64,000 nucleotides of DNA from an uncultured Thermoplasmata archaeon (GTDB lineage: Archaea; Thermoplasmatota; Thermoplasmata; RBG-16-68-12). Position 1 is the first letter of the stretch, and each line of letters begins with the position of its first letter. The DNA is taken from contig CAVYJM010000006.1 in the NCBI GenBank assembly GCA_963768855.1, positions 960,001-1,024,000 of the forward strand. The letters run 5' to 3'. Position numbers and translations under genes: made by a program. Below the pieces are notes generated by a model. The model made no database searches, was not told the origin of the DNA, and saw only the letters and a list, made by a program, of their open reading frames with translations. This document shows positions 61,144-64,000 of this stretch, piece after piece.

Positions 61144-62088
61144 GTGCTGAACTACCGGCCCATGGGAAAGTCCGAACTCGAGGTGTCCGAGATCGGCTTC
61201 GGGATGTGGACCCTCGCCTCCGGGCGGTGGGGGGCCTTCGGGGAGGAGCAGGCCATCGACCTCCTGCGCAAGGCGTACGATGCGGGCATCAACTACTACG
61301 ACGTCTCGCCGACCGACGGAAACGGCCTGGGGGAACGGCTCCTGGGCAAGGCGTTCGCGGACAAGCGAGACCTCGTGATCATCTCGACGAAGGTCGGCTT
61401 CTCGGACGGCCGTCGGGACTTCTCGCCCGCATCCATCCGGAAGTCCGTCGACGAGAGCCTCGCCCGTCTCGGATCGACGTACATCGATGCGTTGCAGCTC
61501 CACTATCCGGATGCAGCCGCGGTGGGCAACCCCGCGCTGTGGCAGGTCCTCTCCGACCTCCGGACGGAAGGCAAGATCCGGTACTACGGGATCGCCCTGG
61601 GGCCGGGGGCGACGGGGATCGAGGAAGGCCGGATCGCAATGCGGAAGTACGATCTCGCGGTCATCCAGGTGTACTACAACCTACTCGAGCAGGAGGTCGG
61701 CCGGAAGTTCTTCCCGGTCGCCCTGGAGATCAAGCAGTCCATGGCGATTCGCGCTCCCCATGCGGGAGGCATCCTCGAAAGCGATCCTGCGACGGCGACG
61801 CGGTTTCCCGCGGACGGCGACCTTCTGGTCAAGGAGCTCGCATGGCTCGAGACTGCGGCGAGGCGCGCGGCGAGCCTCAAGTGGATCTACGAGAGCAAGG
61901 GGATGACGATGGAGCAGGCCGCGCTGAAGTTCGTCCTCTCCGAGGAGACCGTGGCCTCTGTGCTCCCCAACATCTACCGCGAGGACCAGCTGGCCACGTA
62001 CTCGGCGGTCTCGGACTTCGAGAACTTCTCCCAGGCGGAGCTCGGCGAAATCGCGGAGCAGTTCCGCAAGGGATTCGGCGTCGCGTGA
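61144..62088 (+). CDS. Aldo/keto reductase family protein (catalytic Tyr position is Asp)
   Basis: VSEIGFG; GINYYD; ISTKVG; SLARLGSTYIDALQLH; QVYYNLLEQ. Confidence 0.88.
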   Translation: MLNYRPMGKSELEVSEIGFGMWTLASGRWGAFGEEQAIDLLRKAYDAGINYYDVSPTDGNGLGERLLGKAFADKRDLVIISTKVGFSDGRRDFSPASIRKSVDESLARLGSTYIDALQLHYPDAAAVGNPALWQVLSDLRTEGKIRYYGIALGPGATGIEEGRIAMRKYDLAVIQVYYNLLEQEVGRKFFPVALEIKQSMAIRAPHAGGILESDPATATRFPADGDLLVKELAWLETAARRAASLKWIYESKGMTMEQAALKFVLSEETVASVLPNIYREDQLATYSAVSDFENFSQAELGEIAEQFRKGFGVA

Positions 62089-62094
62089 GGCTCC

Positions 62095-62646
62095 ATGATC
62101 CTCGGCTACGTCGACTCGAACGACCGTCTCTACGATGTGGGCTTCGGGACGCTGAAGATGAAGATGCGGGTCGAGTCCCAGGCGGGCTCCGAGCACGTCC
62201 TGTTCTCGAAATCCTCCGGGGAAGGCGAGGTCTCCTTCCGCGTCCGCGCCGCCGAAGATGTGACCGTCTCCCTCGCGATGGACCATGACGGCCACCCTGT
62301 GCCCCTGCTCCGTCCGGTCGAGGGACGCGCCTACCGCCACGACGAGGGCCTCCTGTTCGTGGCGGCTCCCAAGAAGCGGGATCCGGTGGAACCCGGGTTC
62401 TTCCTCGTCCAGGTCCGGGCGATGCCGAGCGCCCTCAAGTTCTTCTTCGAGGACCAGGAAGGCACCGAATTCGTCTCCGTGCCCAACGACGAGTTCCTCC
62501 GCGTCGTCGAGGGCCCCGAGGCGACGACGGTCTACGTGACGGCCGAGAGCGTTGCCCTCCCTCAGGAGCGGATCGCGTACGCCCTGGAGCTCGCTCCGCC
62601 CCCGAAGGCGGCGACCCTCCTGGCCGGGTTGAAGATGTCTCGCTGA
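62095..62646 (+). CDS. Hypothetical beta-rich protein
   Basis: 183-aa ORF 6 nt after the AKR gene, with typical codon usage. Confidence 0.65.
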   Translation: MILGYVDSNDRLYDVGFGTLKMKMRVESQAGSEHVLFSKSSGEGEVSFRVRAAEDVTVSLAMDHDGHPVPLLRPVEGRAYRHDEGLLFVAAPKKRDPVEPGFFLVQVRAMPSALKFFFEDQEGTEFVSVPNDEFLRVVEGPEATTVYVTAESVALPQERIAYALELAPPPKAATLLAGLKMSR

Positions 62647-62698
62647 GCGCGACAAAAGCCTTACAACGAACGCGCCGCTTGGCGCGCCGAGGTCACTC

Positions 62699-62827
62699 AT
62701 GTCCTACGACATCGGGAACCTGGGCCTGAAGGGCGGCGGGAAGAGCAAGACGCTGCTCTATGTCGGCATCGCCGTGGTCGTCATCGTCGTCGTAGTCGTG
62801 GCCCTGTTCCTGACCAACGTCATCTGA
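62699..62827 (+). CDS. 42-aa tail-anchored small membrane protein (not in ORF track)
   Basis: MSYDIGNLGLKGGGKSKTLLYVGIAVVVIVVVVVALFLTNVI*; GAGGT SD upstream; GC3-rich codons. Confidence 0.65.
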   Translation: MSYDIGNLGLKGGGKSKTLLYVGIAVVVIVVVVVALFLTNVI

Positions 62828-62953
62828 ACGGCGCGCATGCCTCGAGGCGGAAGCGGCCCACTGAGCGCCATACTCAATTCCGGTAATCACCGTTGATACG
62901 AACGGCGATACGCTCAACTCCCCCGAGGGAGAGGCATTCTACGGCCGCCCCCG

Positions 62954-63214
62954 ATGAAGGTCCAGCTCGATCCCGCCTCGAAGCGCATCCTGCTCGCGAT
63001 GCTCGCTAGCCCGAAGACACCGTCCGAGGTCAGTCGGATCTACGGCATCCCGGTCGCGGTCGTGTGGCAGAAGGTCGCGCGGCTGGAAGATCTCGGCCTC
63101 CTCCGCGAGATCTTCGCTTTCGTGGATGGGAGCGGGGCCCTGCGTCGCTACTTCGAGGCCGTCCTCCCCGTGGACGAATCCGAGGACGAACGCGAGCTCG
63201 TCCTCCAGATTTGA
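62954..63214 (+). CDS. Small winged-helix (ArsR/HTH_20-like) protein
   Basis: LDPASKRILLAML..PKTPSEVSR.YGIP...VWQKV.RLEDLGLL...RRYF. Confidence 0.75.
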   Translation: MKVQLDPASKRILLAMLASPKTPSEVSRIYGIPVAVVWQKVARLEDLGLLREIFAFVDGSGALRRYFEAVLPVDESEDERELVLQI

Positions 63215-63305
63215 GGCGGACCGAAAACGACCCTGAGGCGAGGTTATTATCCCCGTCTCCAGATGAATGGCAGAACCCTTAAATACCGCCGGGATTATCG
63301 TCCGG

Positions 63306-63322
63306 GTGTCAACTTTTGACAC
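63306..63322. promoter_or_regulatory. Perfect inverted repeat between the TATA-like box and psmB start
   Basis: GTGTCAA-CTT-TTGACAC, downstream of CTTAAATA at about 63277-63284. Confidence 0.5.
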
Positions 63323-63344
63323 TTTTGGATACGGGAGTATAGCC

Positions 63345-63986
63345 ATGTCACATCTTTCCAGGGAAGTGGAGACCGGGACAACGACCCTCGGTCTCGTCTG
63401 CAAGGACGGGGTCATCTTGGCCGCGGACCGGCGGGCTACCGCGGGGAACCTGATCGCCCACAAGCGCACTCAGAAGGTCTATCGGCTCGATGACAACATC
63501 GGGCTGACGACGGCGGGCTTGGTCGGGGACCTTCAGACGCTCGCCCGGTACATCACCGCGGAGGTCGAGCTGTACAAGCTCAAGCGCAACGCGCCGATGC
63601 CAATCGAGGCCTGCGCGACCCTGACCGCGAACATCCTCTCCGGATCCCGATACTATCCGTACTGGGTCCAGCTGGTGATCGGGGGCATCGACCGCAACGG
63701 CGGTCACGTGTACTCCCTCGACGCCGCCGGCGGATCCCTCCCGGACAAGTTCGTGTCCACGGGCTCCGGCAGCCCCTTCGTCTACGGGGTCCTTGAGGAC
63801 CACTGGAAGGACGACATGACCATCAACGAGGGAGCGGACCTCGCCATCCGCTGCATCACCGCCAGCATGAAGCGGGATTCGGCCTCCGGCGAAGGGATCG
63901 ACGTCGCCCTCATCACGAAGGACGGTTACAAGCTACTCGACGACAAGGAAGTGGAGAAGCGCAAGGCCGCGATGAAGCTGACCTGA
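63345..63986 (+). CDS. psmB: 20S proteasome beta subunit
   Basis: Propeptide MSHLSREVETG|TTTLGL; ADRRAT; GSGSPFVYGVLE; RDSASG. Confidence 0.96.
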   Translation: MSHLSREVETGTTTLGLVCKDGVILAADRRATAGNLIAHKRTQKVYRLDDNIGLTTAGLVGDLQTLARYITAEVELYKLKRNAPMPIEACATLTANILSGSRYYPYWVQLVIGGIDRNGGHVYSLDAAGGSLPDKFVSTGSGSPFVYGVLEDHWKDDMTINEGADLAIRCITASMKRDSASGEGIDVALITKDGYKLLDDKEVEKRKAAMKLT

Positions 63987-64000
63987 GCGCCCCGTGGGCC

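Overview
This is a 64-kb, GC-rich archaeal chromosome segment. Archaeal markers include TFB, a proteasome beta subunit, GINS, exosome-type DnaG, Trm1, TrmG10, MptD and an archaeal 23S rRNA. The unlinked 23S gene and the protease-less Lon-like ATPase beside dnaG point to class Thermoplasmata (inference, not verified by a search). Most of the window is core and catabolic genes: sdhA-C-D-B, tdh-kbl, an acyl-CoA dehydrogenase, a B12-dependent acyl-CoA mutase with MeaB, a thiolase-like/DUF35 cluster, alaS and an M1 aminopeptidase. I found no CRISPR array, transposase or integrase. The strongest hidden element is a 290-nt ORF-less group I intron in the 23S rRNA at the site equivalent to E. coli L1931. 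Its P, Q, R and S core elements, the P1 U-G splice site and the terminal G can all be read directly from the sequence. The stand-alone 23S is enclosed by a perfect bulge-helix-bulge processing stem. Other points of note: (1) a BlaI/BlaR1-like repressor-protease pair with cop-box-like operators sits divergent from a Tat-exported 4x[4Fe-4S]/NrfD module; (2) the mutase carries isobutyryl-CoA mutase specificity residues; (3) two thiolase-fold proteins lack the canonical catalytic Cys and His; (4) there is a Rab-like small GTPase; (5) two genes are frameshifted; (6) a 42-aa tail-anchored ORF is missing from the ORF track. Starts refined by me are estimates, and product names come from motif recognition only.
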